Assembly (NCBI GenBank): GCA_964016885.1
Contig: OZ024743.1
Span: forward strand, 147,994,001 to 148,058,000
Direction: 5' to 3'
DNA: 64,000 nucleotides
Source: Eledone cirrhosa
Lineage: Eukaryota
Part shown: one piece after another, positions 25,281 through 38,214 of the stretch
Layout: each line of letters opens with the position of its first letter
Numbering within the stretch: the first letter of the stretch is position 1
Notes under the pieces: model-generated
Databases searched by the model: none
What the model was told of the DNA's origin: nothing
The model's input: only the letters and a program-made list of their open reading frames with translations
Made by a program: the position numbers and the translations under genes

Positions 25281-25518
25281 GTTGTTTTTTGTTTAAAATG
25301 AATATTGGGTACAAAACCCCAATAACTGGTTATTTAGCCCCGAAGGGCCAAATAACGGACAGAAAGACCCCTCTCACGAGGAGGAGGGTGTCTTTATCAA
25401 CAATTTGGTTCAAGTTTTAAACAATTTACAATTGTTTTAACGGTTAAAAATTACTATACCTTACAGAGCCGAGCCTCCGTCAACCATGGCATTCAATAAT
25501 AATAATAATAATAATAAT

Positions 25519-28500
25519 GATGATTTCTTTATTAACCACAATGGTTTACATAAAGTAGACATTAAGGACAGTACAGGACAATACAGGACGGTACAAATGG
25601 GCATTTCTGCGGGTAAAAAACAAATACAGAAGTGGTAACAAAAAAATAACAATGAAAAATTCCCCAATAGGGGGGAGACTTCGGAGGAACATTTGTGGAG
25701 AAAGCCCAGTAAAAGGCCACAGTGACCCTGACCACCAAGGCAAGTGCCCTCTCCCAGTTTTCCACCTTTAATTTACAGATATATACTCAGAGTAGGCCCA
25801 TTCACTCGGTCCATTCTTGCTTCTATCACCCATCTTTCAACAAAATGCTGGGAAGAGAGCACTTCCCTCTCTACTCTGATTTTCCTTTTCAAATGAAATT
25901 TGAAAAAGTCAATCAGGGCATCACCGAAGAGGTAAGTGCTCGTCTTCAGCCCTTTCAAACGTGTCCACCATACTATCTCTTTCGCCATGGCCACCAGACA
26001 GATAAAAACTGCCTGCCCTTCCCGGCTAAAGGAAGGGGGCGGGGCAATCCTCACGATGGACTCAGCTGATAGCTGGATCCGTCCCACACGTGACAGCAGG
26101 TGTTCGACATAAACCCACAAGTCAGCAATGCTCGGACACTGGACGAGTGCGTGCAGGACGGTTTCGTCGCCCTGTGCGCATCTCGGACATGCCCGGCTGA
26201 CGGCACCTCCATGCCTGTAGAGTTTATCTCGAACTGGTAAGGCTACTCGGTAGCACTGCCAGGCCAGAGATTTCTGGAAGTTGTCCATAGGCCCCGGCCC
26301 GAAAGTTCTTCCGAAGAGATTGGCTAGTTGATTTTCGTCGACGCCTAGAGTTTCCCCAAGTACGTCGTCGCTCTTCCACTCCACTAATCCTCTATAGAAC
26401 GTCGAGGTGGAGTTTCCACCGATCACATTGCCCGATTGGTCGAGGGCTGTGAGCGCCTGAAGACATTCCAGTCTTCAGGCGCTCCCTCTCGGTCTTCGCT
26501 TGACCCAGGACTGCAGCTCCGTCAAGGAAACGAGCTGGGGAAATACGTGTCTAGCAAACGGCGACCACACCTGATCACCGTCGAGGAAGAGGTGGAGATG
26601 TCGTAGACTGAGCGCGTGCCTGCGCATCATCAGCCACGGCATGCCCAGCCCTCCACGTAGCGGGTGTTGAAAACAGATGGACCGCCTGACCATCGGAGCG
26701 CGTCCCTTCCACAAAAAGCGAAAGAGTAAACGCTCCAGCGCAGTCAGGCGAGGCTTAGGACAAGGTACGACGGTCAGGCGGTAGCAGATGACAGACGCTC
26801 GACCTTTCAGGGATAGCTTCCTCTCCGCCCATTTCTGGGTGAGAGAAGCCACCCTGCTCGTCACCTCGTCCCAGTTTTTGTCCGTCTGGAGGTCCGGACC
26901 GAACCAGACCCCTAGCAATTTAACCGGTCCGTCCGTCCAGCGTTCAACGACGCTGTTGGACGGCATGGACCTGCTTCTCCAGGTCCCGGGCTGCAGGCCC
27001 ACTGACTTTTCCTGGTTGATCATTGCTCCTGTCACCGCTTCGTATTCTCTTAGTGTAGTGCCGATCGCCACGATGTGTTTGGCGTTCGACACCACTACGG
27101 TGACATCGTCCGCATATGCTGACACGGATCTTCCGCATCCTAGTTCGCGCGGGATTCCCCTCAACGTCTCCAGTTTGTGCAGTAATGGCTCGAGAGTCAA
27201 TACGTACAATAGGGACGAGAGGGGACATCCTTGGCGGACCGAGCGCATGATACTGAACGGTTCTAAAGGTGACCGTTCACTCTCACCACAGAGCAGATGT
27301 CGCTGTGCATGGCAGCGATCCAGCCTCTGAAGACAGGCCCAAACCAGCCGCCCTCAGGACTGCCGCTAGGTAACGATGGTCGACCCTATCGAAAGGTTTC
27401 GACTGATCTAAATTGATCAAGGACCCACCCGTGCCAGGTTCCCTAGCTACCCTGTCTACGATGTATTGCATGAGGTGGAGGTTGTCGTGGATGGATATGT
27501 CGGGAATGGCGCATGTCTGCGCCTCTCCCACCAGACCAACAACGACAAGCGCCAACCTCTTTGCTAGCACCTTGGCCAAAATCTTGAACTCTGTGTTTAG
27601 CAGAGTTATGTCCGGAAATTATCTATGTTATCCCTCTTGTTCGGATCCTTTCTCAGCAGTGCCACCGCTCCTCGGCTCACAGAACTGGGAATTTTCCTGT
27701 TCTGTTGCCAGTTGTAGTAGACGTCCGCCAAGAGGCCTCCGAGCAAGTCTGGCATCTGTACGTAAAGTTCATAGGGCAGTCCATCCAAACCAGGCGATTT
27801 ACCCCTTGTGCAGCCATTCATTGCCTCCCGTACTTCAGCGGCTGTTATCGGCTTTTCGCAACACTTCGCCTCAGTGGCTGAGAGCCGCGGCAGTCCGTCG
27901 AGGTAGACACTAAAGTCCATGCCTCGACCCGGCCCGCCGCTGCCCCCGAACATCTGAGCGAAGTGTCGCTGAAAAGCTTCACACATTTGCCCGGGATCGT
28001 GTAGCATGCGCCCGTCGTGGTCCACCAAAGACCGGATCGTGGCTTTGTTGCCACGACGCGCCTGCGCCACTCGGGCCCATTGAACGGCTTTCGTCCCCTC
28101 GTGTCTGAGAGCACGCACCCTTGCTCTGACAACGCAGCCTTCGTGCTTTGCATTGAAGAATTGGTCAAGGGCCAATTTCGCCGCAAGCACGTCGGTCGCA
28201 ATGCCTTTGCTAAGCGCCTCGTCTAATTTTCTAACTAGTTCTCCCTCTGCTCTATTCTTCTCTGTTGCTAAAGCCTTACTAAACCTAATGGATTCTATTC
28301 TAATCGCTCTTTTCAGAGCAAACCACCACTTGTTGTTGACGATGGCCCCCGTCAACGCCCGCTTAACTAGTTCGCCTATCCGGTCTCTGTAGGCCTTGCT
28401 CACTGGTAAGGACGCGTTTAGGTTCCAGTATCCGGGTCCTCGTCTATGAAGCCTATCTAAGTCAAGCACACAGATCACGAATTTGTGGTCCGTGTAGCTG

Positions 28501-31500
28501 ACTATCTTGAATTGTGGACAGCCTATGCTAGACCTATCTATTTCCCTACAAAATACTCTATCTAGATATGATCTGGATGATCCTATGCGATTTGTCCAAG
28601 TCCACATTGGCACATTCGGGAAATCCAATCGGTACCTGTCAGACAGTTCAAAACGCCTGAACAGGTTGGTGAGACTCTTGCACCCTCCACCCTATCCGCT
28701 AATCCCACACAGTCCCAGCGTGCATCTAAGATCCCGTTCCAGTCGCCCACTAACACTAAAGAGCGGGACGTTCCAAGAAAGGTCTCCAGACGCCGGAAGA
28801 AATCAGGCCGCCCTGCTCCTGTCGGGGCATAGACGGCCACTAGCCTGAAAGCTTTCCCGTCTCCGCTGGTCACGTCCAGCACCACCAACTTACCCTCTGG
28901 GTCCAGGAAGATGGCCCGCATGGCGAGATCCAAACCTCTCCGAAAAAGCACAGCAACTCCACCCCCGATCCAGGACGGCTGGGAGATGCGTACACATCGT
29001 AGCCGCCGAAGATCGGTGCGAAGGCCCGTGCTTCGGAGATTCTGGTCTCGCTGATGGCCACTACATCTATGTTTAGTGACCTGAGGTCGTTGAGCAGGTG
29101 ACCCTGCTTCCATGACGACCCCAAGCCACGCGCATTTATGCTGCCTATTCTGAGTGAGGTCATGTTTAAAATAGAGTGGAAAAGATGGGAAAGACCACTT
29201 ACCGTACTTTTCGTAGAGGAGGGATGGTTTTTTTACATCCCTTTTCACTTGATCGTCTGGTGAAGGGACCGTTGAAGCGTCCCTTCGGCTGGTCGTCGGC
29301 TCTTCTATGAGTATCTCCGAATATACTCTTCGGTTGATAGTTCCTCCTAGGTCTCTGAAATCACCAACTGCGTTGGGGAATTTCGTTTTAATGTTTGTGT
29401 ATTGTTTCTGTGCTATTTTTAGCAGTCTTATGTTAGTTGGCGTTTTGATTGGTGCTGGTATTATGTAGTCGTGTTGTGAAATGTCTGTGTGTTCAATTAT
29501 GTAAGTCATTAGTTTCTTGTTGTGTGTATTTATTGCCGTGCATTTGTTTTTCTGGGGGTGGGGTGTGATTCTGCTATTTTCTTGTCGTTTTTGCTGGATG
29601 TGTGTGTTTTGTTGTTGTGTTTGCGATGTTGGTGCTTGTGTTGGTGGTGTTGAAGGTGTTGTTGTTGTTGTTGGCGGTGGGGTTGTCGCCAGTGGTGATG
29701 GTGGTGCTAGTGTGGGTGGTGATGGTGTTGGTGGTGTTGCTGCTGTGAGTCTCTTTGCAGTAGACTTTACCCTTTTTTCATTTCTTTCCTCCCTTTTCAA
29801 AGGCGACGATGCGCTGCTTCTGCCTTTGTGCCTTCTTACGACCTTTTGCCATCCCTCTCCCACCTCACACTCCATGTCTGATTCTGTGAGGTCGGGGAGG
29901 GCTTCCTGCTCTACTCTTTCACTTGTTGTTGTTGGTGATGTTTGCACTGGAGTCTCTGTTGCAGCTGCATTTGGTATTGCTGTTGTTGTTGTTGTTAATA
30001 CTTCCACTGCTGCTGCTGTTATTGATTTCCGTGGCGTGGGTATGGGTGCCACGGACCTATCGTTCCTGGTTGCCGCTTGTCCTGTTGCTGGTAGCCGTGG
30101 AGCCGGTTTCGGAAGAAGGGGGGTTTTCTTCTTTCTCAGGGTCTTCTCGTTGCAGAATGCCCTGAGGTGAGTCTTCGATCCACAGCGAAAGCATTTCGGG
30201 CGTTTGCCCTCAGTACTTATGGGCAGTTGAGTGCCGTTATCGAAGTCTATCACATCCGGGATAGCTTCGATGCACTCCTGGTTGGTTTGGATTAATATCT
30301 CAATGGAGGTGCCGACCCAATCTTCTCTTACTTTTTTCTGTACTTGCAGTACAGTTGTTTTGTCCTCGATTCCGACGAGGACAGACGCGGCCAGCCAAGA
30401 AGGGGCCATCCCGGGTGGGGGGGGGGACGTGGGTCAGTTTGACCCTCATAATTTTTTGCCCGCAGTAGGAGGGCACCAACACCATTTCCTCGCTCCTTAG
30501 GGTCACTACGGATTGAGCCTTTGCCTCCTGGGGTGTGGAAAATAGTACGTCTACGGTGGCATATTTCTTGCCTCGGGTGATGTGTGTTTTCCGCTGCCAC
30601 ACAGACCCCAAGGCTTTTTGTATTTGAGCCTCTGTGGCTCTTTCCACCCTACGGGATTTTGTACTTACTGTACGGTACGTGACCGTAGAGTGCTGTTGGG
30701 TTTCAAAACATTTTTCCGCTGCCTTGCAGATTGCTCGGTGTCCAGTTTTTGTCACCATCTTCTTCGCTTCCTCTAATTCCTCATTTGTTATGAGGATTGT
30801 TTCCAGGTACTTCACGATACCTGCAAACGAGATTGGTTTTTCTTTGCTGCTGTTGTTGTTGTTGTTGTCGTCAGAGCTGCTGTTACTTTTGTTGTTGCTG
30901 CAGGTACTACGACTACTGCCGCCGCCGCCGCCGCTGTTGCTGTGGTTGTTGTTGTTGTTGCTGCTGCTAATGCTGTTGTTGTTTATGCTGCTGCTGATGC
31001 TGTTGCGGCTGCTACTGTTGTTTTCATTGTCACTGTTGCTGTTGTTATTACGGCTGCTACTGCTATTATTCCTGACGTCAGACGAATGAAATGGGTTTTC
31101 GTATTTCCCGCACACCTGTTTCGTCGTCGTCGTCGTGGAGAAATCTTGCACGCTTTGCACGAGACTTTTCTTTTCTGTCGTCACTTGCGAAAGAGAAAGG
31201 AGGGAGAGAGACACATTTAAAGAAGGGAGGGAGAGAGACAATCTTCTCTCTGCTGTAGTGACGATTGAGGAAGAAGAAGACGGAATGAGTGGGAGTGACC
31301 TATGAAAATTATTTTTCATAGCCATGTTGTTTTTTTGTTTAAAATAAATATTGGCCACAAAACCCCAATAAGCAGTTATTTAACCCCGAAGGGCCAAAAA
31401 CCGGGCAGAAAGACCCCTCTCACGAGGAGGAGGGTGTTTTTGTCTACAAGCTGGTAAAAGTTTTAAACAATTTACGATTGTTATAGCGGTCAAAATTTAC

Positions 31501-31540
31501 AATACCTTACATAGCCGAGCCTCCGTCAATCATAGCATTC
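25519..31540 (-). mobile_element. Full-length Tx1-like copy B, same subfamily as A, ORFs disrupted
   Basis: Colinear with copy A end to end; frameshifts near 30420, 29230, 28960, 28690, 27610 and 27340, 21-bp in-frame deletion near 26798, premature TGA at 26475. Confidence 0.95.
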
Positions 31541-31584
<44 letters not shown>

Positions 31585-31588
31585 TAAT

Positions 31589-34500
31589 GTTTTCTTTATT
31601 AACCACAAGGGTTTACATAAAGTAGACATTAAGGACAGTACAGGACAATACAGGACGGTACAAATGGGCATTTCTGCGTGTAAAAAAACAGCGGATGAAA
31701 TAAAATAACAATGAAAAATTCCCCAATAGGGGGGAGACTTCCGAGGGACATTTGTGGAGAAAGCCCATTAAAAGACCACAGTGGCCCTGACCACCAGGGC
31801 AAGTGCCCTCTCCCAGTTTTCCACCTTTAATTTACAGACACATACTCAGAGAAGGCCCATTCATTCGGGCCATACTTGCTTCTCTCACCCATCTTTCAAC
31901 AAAATGCTGGGAAGAGAGCACTTCCCTCTCTACCCTGATTTTCCTTTTCAAATGAAATTTGAAAAAGTTAATCAGGGCATCGCGAAGAGGTAAGTGCTCG
32001 TCTTCAGCCCTTTCAAACGTGTCCACCATACTATCTCTTTCGCCATGGCCACCAGACAGATAAAAACTGCCTGCCCTTCCCGGCTAAAGGAAGGGGGGCG
32101 GGGAAATCCTCACGATGGACTCAGCTGATAGCTGGATCCGTCCTACACGTGACAGCAGGTGTTCGACATAAACCCACAAGTCAGCAATGCTCGGACACTG
32201 GACGAGTGCGTGCAGGACGGTTTCGTCGCCCTGTGCGCATCTCGGACATGCCCGGCTGACGGCACCTCCATGCCTGTAAAGTTTATCCCGAACTGGCAAA
32301 GTACCCCGGTAGCACTGCCAGGCCAGGGATTTCTGGAAGTTGTCCATAGGCCCCGGCCCGAAAGTCCTTCCGAAGAGATTGGCTAGTTGATTTTCGTCGA
32401 CGCCTAGAGTTTCTCCAAGTACGTCGTCGCTCTTCCCCTTCACTAATCCCCTATAGAACACCAAGGTGGAGTTTCCACCGATCACATTGCCCGATTGGTC
32501 GAGGACCGTGGGCGCCTGAAGACATTCCAGTCTCCAAGCGCTCCCTCTCGGTTTTCGCTTGACCCAGGACTGCAGCTCCGTCAAGGAGACGAGCTGGGGA
32601 AAAACGCGTCTAGCAAACGGCGACCACACCTGATCACCGTCGAGGAAGAGGTGGTGATGTCGTAGCCTGAGCGCGTGTCTGCTCATCATCAGCCACGGCA
32701 TGCCCAGCCCTCCACGTAGCGGGTGTTGACAGCAGATTGACCGCCTGACTATCGGAGCGCGTCCCTTCCACAAGAAGCGAAAGAGTAAACGCTCCAGCGC
32801 AGTGAGGCGGGGCTTAGGACAAGGTACGACGGTCAGGCGGTAGTAGATGACGGACGCGATGTACGCGTTAGCCACCTCCGCTCGACCTTTCAGGGATAGC
32901 TTCCTCACGGCCCATTTCTGGGTGAGAGAAGCCACCCTGCTCGTCACCTCGTCCCAGTTTTTGTCCGTCTGGAGGTCTGGACCGAACCAGACCCCTAGCA
33001 ATTTAACCGGTCCGTCTGTCCAGCGCCCGACGACGCTGTTGGACGGCATGGACCTGCCTCTCCAGGTGCCGAGCGCAGGCCCACTGACTTTTCCTGGTTG
33101 ATCATTGCTCCTGTCACCGCTTCGTATTCTGTTAGTGTAGTGCCGATCGCCTCGATGTGTTTGGCCTTCGACACCACTACGGTGATATCGTCGGCATATG
33201 CTGACACGGATCTTCCGCATCCTAGTTCACGCGGGATTCCCCTCAACGTCTCCAGTTTGTGCAGTAATGGCTCGAGAGTCAATACGTACAATAGGGACGA
33301 GAGGGGACATCCTTGGCGGACCGAGCGCATGATGTTGAACGGTTCCGAAAGGTGACCGTTCACTCTCACTACAGAGCAGATGTCGCTGTGCATGGCAGCG
33401 ATCCAACCTCTGAAGACGGGCCCAAAGCCAGCTGCCCTCAGGACTGCCGCTAGGTAACGATGGTCGCCCCTATCGAAGGCTTTCGACTGATCTAAATTGA
33501 TCAAAGACCCACCCGTGCCAGGTTCCCTAGGTACCCTCTCTACGATGTATCACATGAGGTGGAGGTTGTCGTGGATGGATCTGTCGGGAATGGCGCATGT
33601 CTGTGCCTCTCCCACCAGACCACCAACGACAAGCGCCAACCTCTTTGCTAGCACCTTGGCCAAAATCTTGAACTCTGTGTTTAGCAGAGTTATGGGCCTA
33701 AAATTATCTATGTTATCCCCCTTGTTCGGATCCTTTCTCAGCAGCGCCACTGCTCCTCGGCTCACAGAGCTGGGAATTCTCCCGTTCTGTTGCCAGTTGC
33801 AGTAGACGTCCGCCAAGAGGCCTCCGAACAAGTTTGGCATTTGTACGTAAAGTTCATAGGGCAGACCATCCAAACCAGGCGATTTACCCCTTGTGCAACT
33901 AGTCATTGCATCCCGTACTTCAGCGGTTGTTATCGGCTTTTCGCAACACTCCGCCTCAGTGGCCGAAAGCCGCGGCAGTCCGTCGAGGTAGACACTAAAG
34001 TCCATCCCTCGATCCGGCCCGCCACTGCCCCCGAACAGTTGAGCGAAGTGTCGCTGAAAAGCTTCACACATTTGCCCGGGATCGAGTAGCACTCGCTCGT
34101 CGTGGTCCACCAAAGACCGGATCGTGGCTTTGTTGCCACGACGCGCCTCCGCCACTCGGGCCCATTGAACGGCTTTCGTCCCCTCATGTCTGAGAGCACG
34201 CACCCTAGCTCTGACAACGCAGCCTTCGTCCTTTGCATTGAAGAATTGGTCAAGGGCCAATTTCGCTGAGCGCTTCATATAATTTTCTAACTAATTCTCC
34301 CTCTGCTCTATTTTTCTCTATTGCTAAAGTCTTACTAAACCTAATGGACACTATTCTAATTGCTCTTTTCAGAGCAAACCACCACTTGTTGTTGACGATG
34401 GCCCCCGTCAACGCCCGCTTAACTAGTTCGCTAATCCGGTCTCTGTAGGCCTTACGCGCTGGTAAGGACGCGTTTAGCTTCCAGTAGCCGGGTCCTCGTC

Positions 34501-37471
34501 TATGAAGCCTATCTAAGTCAAGCACACAGATCACGAATTTGTGGTCCGTGTAGCTGACTATCTTGAATTGTGGACAGCCTATGCTAGACCTATCTATTTC
34601 CCTACAAAATACTCTATCTAGATATGATCTGGATGACCCTATGCGATTTGTCCAAGTCCACATTGGTACATTCGGGAAATCCATTCGGTACCTGTCAGAC
34701 AGTTCAAAACGTCTGAGCAGGTTGGTGAGACTCTTGCACCCTCCTTCCCTATCCACTAATCCCACACAATCCCAGCGTGCATCTAAGATCCCGTTCCAGT
34801 CGCCCACTAACACTAAAGAGCGGGACGTTCCAAGAAAGGTCTCCAGACGCCGGAAGAAATCAGGCCGCCCTGCTCCTGTCGGGGCATAGACGGCCACTAA
34901 CCTGAAAGCTTGCCCGTCTCCGCTGGTCACGTCCAGCACCACCAACTTACCTTCTGGGTGCAGGAAGATGGCCCGTATGGCAAGATCCAAACTTCTCCGA
35001 AAAAGCACAGCAACTCCTCCCCCGATCCCGGACGGCTGGGAGATGCGTACACATCGTAGCCGCCGAAGATCGGTGCGAAAGCCTGTGCTTCGGAGATTCT
35101 GGTCTCGCTGATGGCCACTACATCTATGTTTAGTGACCTGAGGTCGTTGAGAAGGTGGCCCTGCTTCCATGACGACCCCAAGCCACGCGCATTTATGCTG
35201 CCTATTCTGAGTGAGGTCATGTTGAAAAGGAGTGGAAAAGATGGGAAAGACCACTTACCTTACTTCTCGTAGGGGAAGGACTGTTTTTCCATCCTTTTCA
35301 CTGCTTGTGGCCTCCTCAGGAAGGATGTCCTTATAAATCCTCCTGGAGAGTGCTTGTCGGAAGTCTCCGATGTCTTTGGGGAATTTTTGTTTTAGTGTCA
35401 TGTACGTTTTCTGTGTGATGCGAGTGATTTGTATGTGTGGAGGTGGTGTGAATTTTGGGGTTGTTGTGTAGTCTTTTTCTGTGATGCTGGTTTTGTGTTG
35501 GATGTAGTGTAATAATTGCTTGTTGTTCAAATTTAATGCTGTGTAGTGTGTATCGTTTTGGTTGTTTTGTTTTGTTTGCGTTTGTTGTGGGTTTGTTTCT
35601 GCTTCGCATTTTGGTGACTTTTGTGGTGTAGGTGATGGTGGTGCTGGGGTTAATGATGGTGATGGTGTTGGTGTTTGGGTTGATGGGGTTGGTGATGCTG
35701 GTGTGGATGGTGGCATATCTGTCCTAACTTTTTTGTTTCTTAATTTACTTGTTTCCCTCTGTATTTTGTTTTTGGAGGGGGAAGGAAGAGAATTTTTTTT
35801 TTTTGTTTCTTTTTTTTTTTCCGGATATCGTTTCCCACTCCTCGTCGTCACAATCTGTCTCCAGTTGTGATAGGCCGGGGAGTGGAAAATCCTCCACAGC
35901 CGTTAGTTTTGGTTGTGGTGTGGTGGATGGTGTAGGCGCTGGTGCTAGTTATGAAGCGTTGGGTGGTGGTGGTGTTGGTTTTGCTGGTGGTGGTAGTGGT
36001 GTTGGTTTTGCTACTGTTGCTGGGGTTGTTGCTGTTATAGTTGCTTCTGTTGTTGCTGCTACAGTTGTTGTTGCCATCTCCTCTACTGGTGGTGTTGATG
36101 GTTGTGTCACTGGGGTGGGTAGGAGAGGTGGCCTCAACCTTTTAGCCTGAGGGCAGAAAGCCCTTAGGTGGGTTCCTTCACCACAAACGACACACCTAGG
36201 TCTTCTGCCCTCGACAATTACCGAGAGGTGGCTGCCGTCAGTGAGGTCTATTACCTCTGGGATCTCCTCAATGCTTTTTTGGTCCGCTTGGATCAGGAGC
36301 TCCATCCCAGATCCGGACCAGTTTTCCTGCTTTTCTTTTGCTATTGCTATTATTTTCGTGTTGGCTTCGATGCCGGCGAGGACAGCCGCTATTAGCCAGG
36401 GAATTTCGATGGCCGGTGGAACGTGGGTCACCCTGATCTTTACGAGTCTCTGGCCACAATAGCTTGGGACGAGTGTGAAGTCGTCGCTTTTTAATGGGGC
36501 CATGGAGTGTTCTCTAGCCTCCTCTGGTGTTTCAAAGAACAAATCCACGGTTCCATACTTTTGCCCACGTCTGATGTGGGTTTTTCTTGCCCACACATGT
36601 CCCAAAGCTTTTTGGATTTGGGACTCGGATGCCCGTTCCACTCGGCGCGATTTTACATTTATTGTTCTATACGACACGGTGCATAGGCGCCGATGCTACA
36701 TTTTATTAGGTGGGGGGTGGGGGTGGGGGGTGAGGTTGAACCTGTACCCATCTTTCTTTACCATTTGTTTGGCATTTTCTAAATCCTCCTGAGTTACCGT
36801 GAATGCTTCAAACTGTTTTGCTACTATGGCGAAACTGAGGGTCGGTTTTATAATGTCATTGTTGTTGTTGTTGCTATCGTTATTTGTGTTAATATTAATT
36901 TTAGTTTCAGTTGTGGTGGTGGTGACGTCAGTCGTCTTTGGTGCGGAAGAGTCCATTTTGCTTGATTTCATTTCGACATCACGAGTTAATTTATTTTTTT
37001 CTTCTTTTGTTTCTGTTGTCGCGGTGGTGGTGGGGGTGGTGGTTGTCGCGGTGGTGGTGGTGGTGGTGGAGGCTTTAACACCTGCAGTCATTGGTAATGG
37101 CGGGAAATGAATGTCTGCCTGAGACAAATTTAAAATATTGCTACTGCTTATATTTTTTTTTTGTGTTGGCAAACGTAGTAACATTTACAATGGTGGTGTC
37201 GGTGTGAGGTGTTAATTTGTGAGGAAGGCTTTCAGCTGGTTGGTGCAGAGGTGAATTAGCCATTTTTTTCAAAGAAAAATTTGTGATAATAATAAAAGTT
37301 TAAATTTTGGGCACAAGGCCCCAATCTTTTTGGGTGTCCTTTTCGGAAAACAATGTATGTGCGCTTATAAACAGTTAACAATAAAATTTTCCATAAATGA
37401 CAATTTTTAACAAACGGAAATAACAAACTTTTGCGGAGCTCACGATGATACGATTTACTACGTAGGTCGCC
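31589..37471 (-). mobile_element. Full-length Tx1-like copy C: A-like ORF2/3'UTR but a different 5'UTR and divergent ORF1; ORFs disrupted
   Basis: 31589-35260 nearly identical to copy A; upstream ORF1 pieces (start ATG 37263; 36696-37184, 35949-36677, 35255-35851) are homologous mainly at protein level (CVVCGEGTHLRAFC knuckle). Confidence 0.93.
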
Positions 37472-37551
<80 letters not shown>

Positions 37552-37561
37552 TAATAATAAT

Positions 37562-37989
37562 GAGGGTATGCCTGCTAATTGATATGTCCGTTCCAATAGA
37601 CAAGAATGTATCTATAAAAACATTTGAAAAATTGAGCAAGTATAAGGACCTGGAGATAGAAATTGGAAAAATGTGGAAATTAAGAACTAAAACAATACCA
37701 GTGGTTGTAGGCGTTCTGGGAATGATACCTAAGGGGTCTAATGATTACTTATCGCAAATCCCAGGAAACCCGCGTATAGGAGAAATACAAAAGATAGTAC
37801 TAATGGGAACTGCCCATATACTAAGGAAGATTCTGTCAATATAAGTACATCACAAGTCTAAACACTAAAGATGCATGTGTGAGTATGTATGTTCTTTCTT
37901 GAACCTGGCGGACCTTGTTGTCTCTTGAGGTCACTGGTTGTGACTTGGTGATAACTCGTTTGAACATAAAGCAAGATAAATGCAACTGT
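37562..37989 (+). mobile_element. 5'-truncated R4/Dong-like element (RLE endonuclease C-terminus + 3'UTR), (AAT)n tail
   Basis: CLLIDMSVP..EKLSKYKDLEIEIGKMW..IPVVVGVLG..GTAHILRKILS; (AAT)n on both sides. Confidence 0.85.
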
Positions 37990-38013
37990 AATAATAATAA
38001 TAATACTAATAAT

Positions 38014-38201
38014 AATTGTTTCTACTTTAGGCACAAGGCCAGCAATTATCAGTACATTACTGGTACTTTATTTTATCGACCTCGTAAGGATGAAAGGCAA
38101 AGCTAACCTCGGCGGGTTTGAACTGAGGTCATAAAGGGCCGTAACTGTTTGCTGCAAAGCATGGAGTTCGACCCTCTACCGATACTGCCGAACCACCGCC
38201 C
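38014..38201 (-). mobile_element. tRNA-derived SINE, copy 3, inserted in the (AAT)n tract
   Basis: Reverse complement of the 981-1168 family; CTAATAATAA on both flanks. Confidence 0.9.
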
Positions 38202-38214
38202 TTTTCTAATAATA

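Larger units (their letters stand above)
19467..25494 (-). mobile_element. Full-length Tx1/L1-clade non-LTR retrotransposon, copy A (intact)
   Basis: ~214-nt 5'UTR, ORF1, 35-nt spacer, ORF2, ~260-nt 3'UTR with AATAAA and (ATT)n tail; bounded by (AAT)n on both sides. Confidence 0.95.

Noticed and set aside
25360-25395. CTCCTCGTG in the Tx1 5'UTR as the L3 loop of an HDV-like ribozyme
   Set aside because: No P1/P2 partners or P1.1 GG found in the right order; a simple GNRA hairpin explains it.
28583-30409. 608-aa apparent ORF1-ORF2 fusion protein in copy B
   Set aside because: Produced by two chance frameshifts (T run ~29230, C run ~28960) with out-of-frame sequence between them; copy A has separate ORFs.
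19678-37110. Plus-strand ORFs antisense to the Tx1 ORFs, repeated in each copy
   Set aside because: Expected shadows of GC-rich or low-complexity coding sequence; recurrence only reflects copy identity.
19467-37471. Array formed by simple tandem segmental duplication, or a CRISPR-like array
   Set aside because: Units have exact element ends, different spacer lengths, private lesions and a different ORF1 in copy C; there is no repeat-spacer structure or cas gene, and the DNA is eukaryotic.
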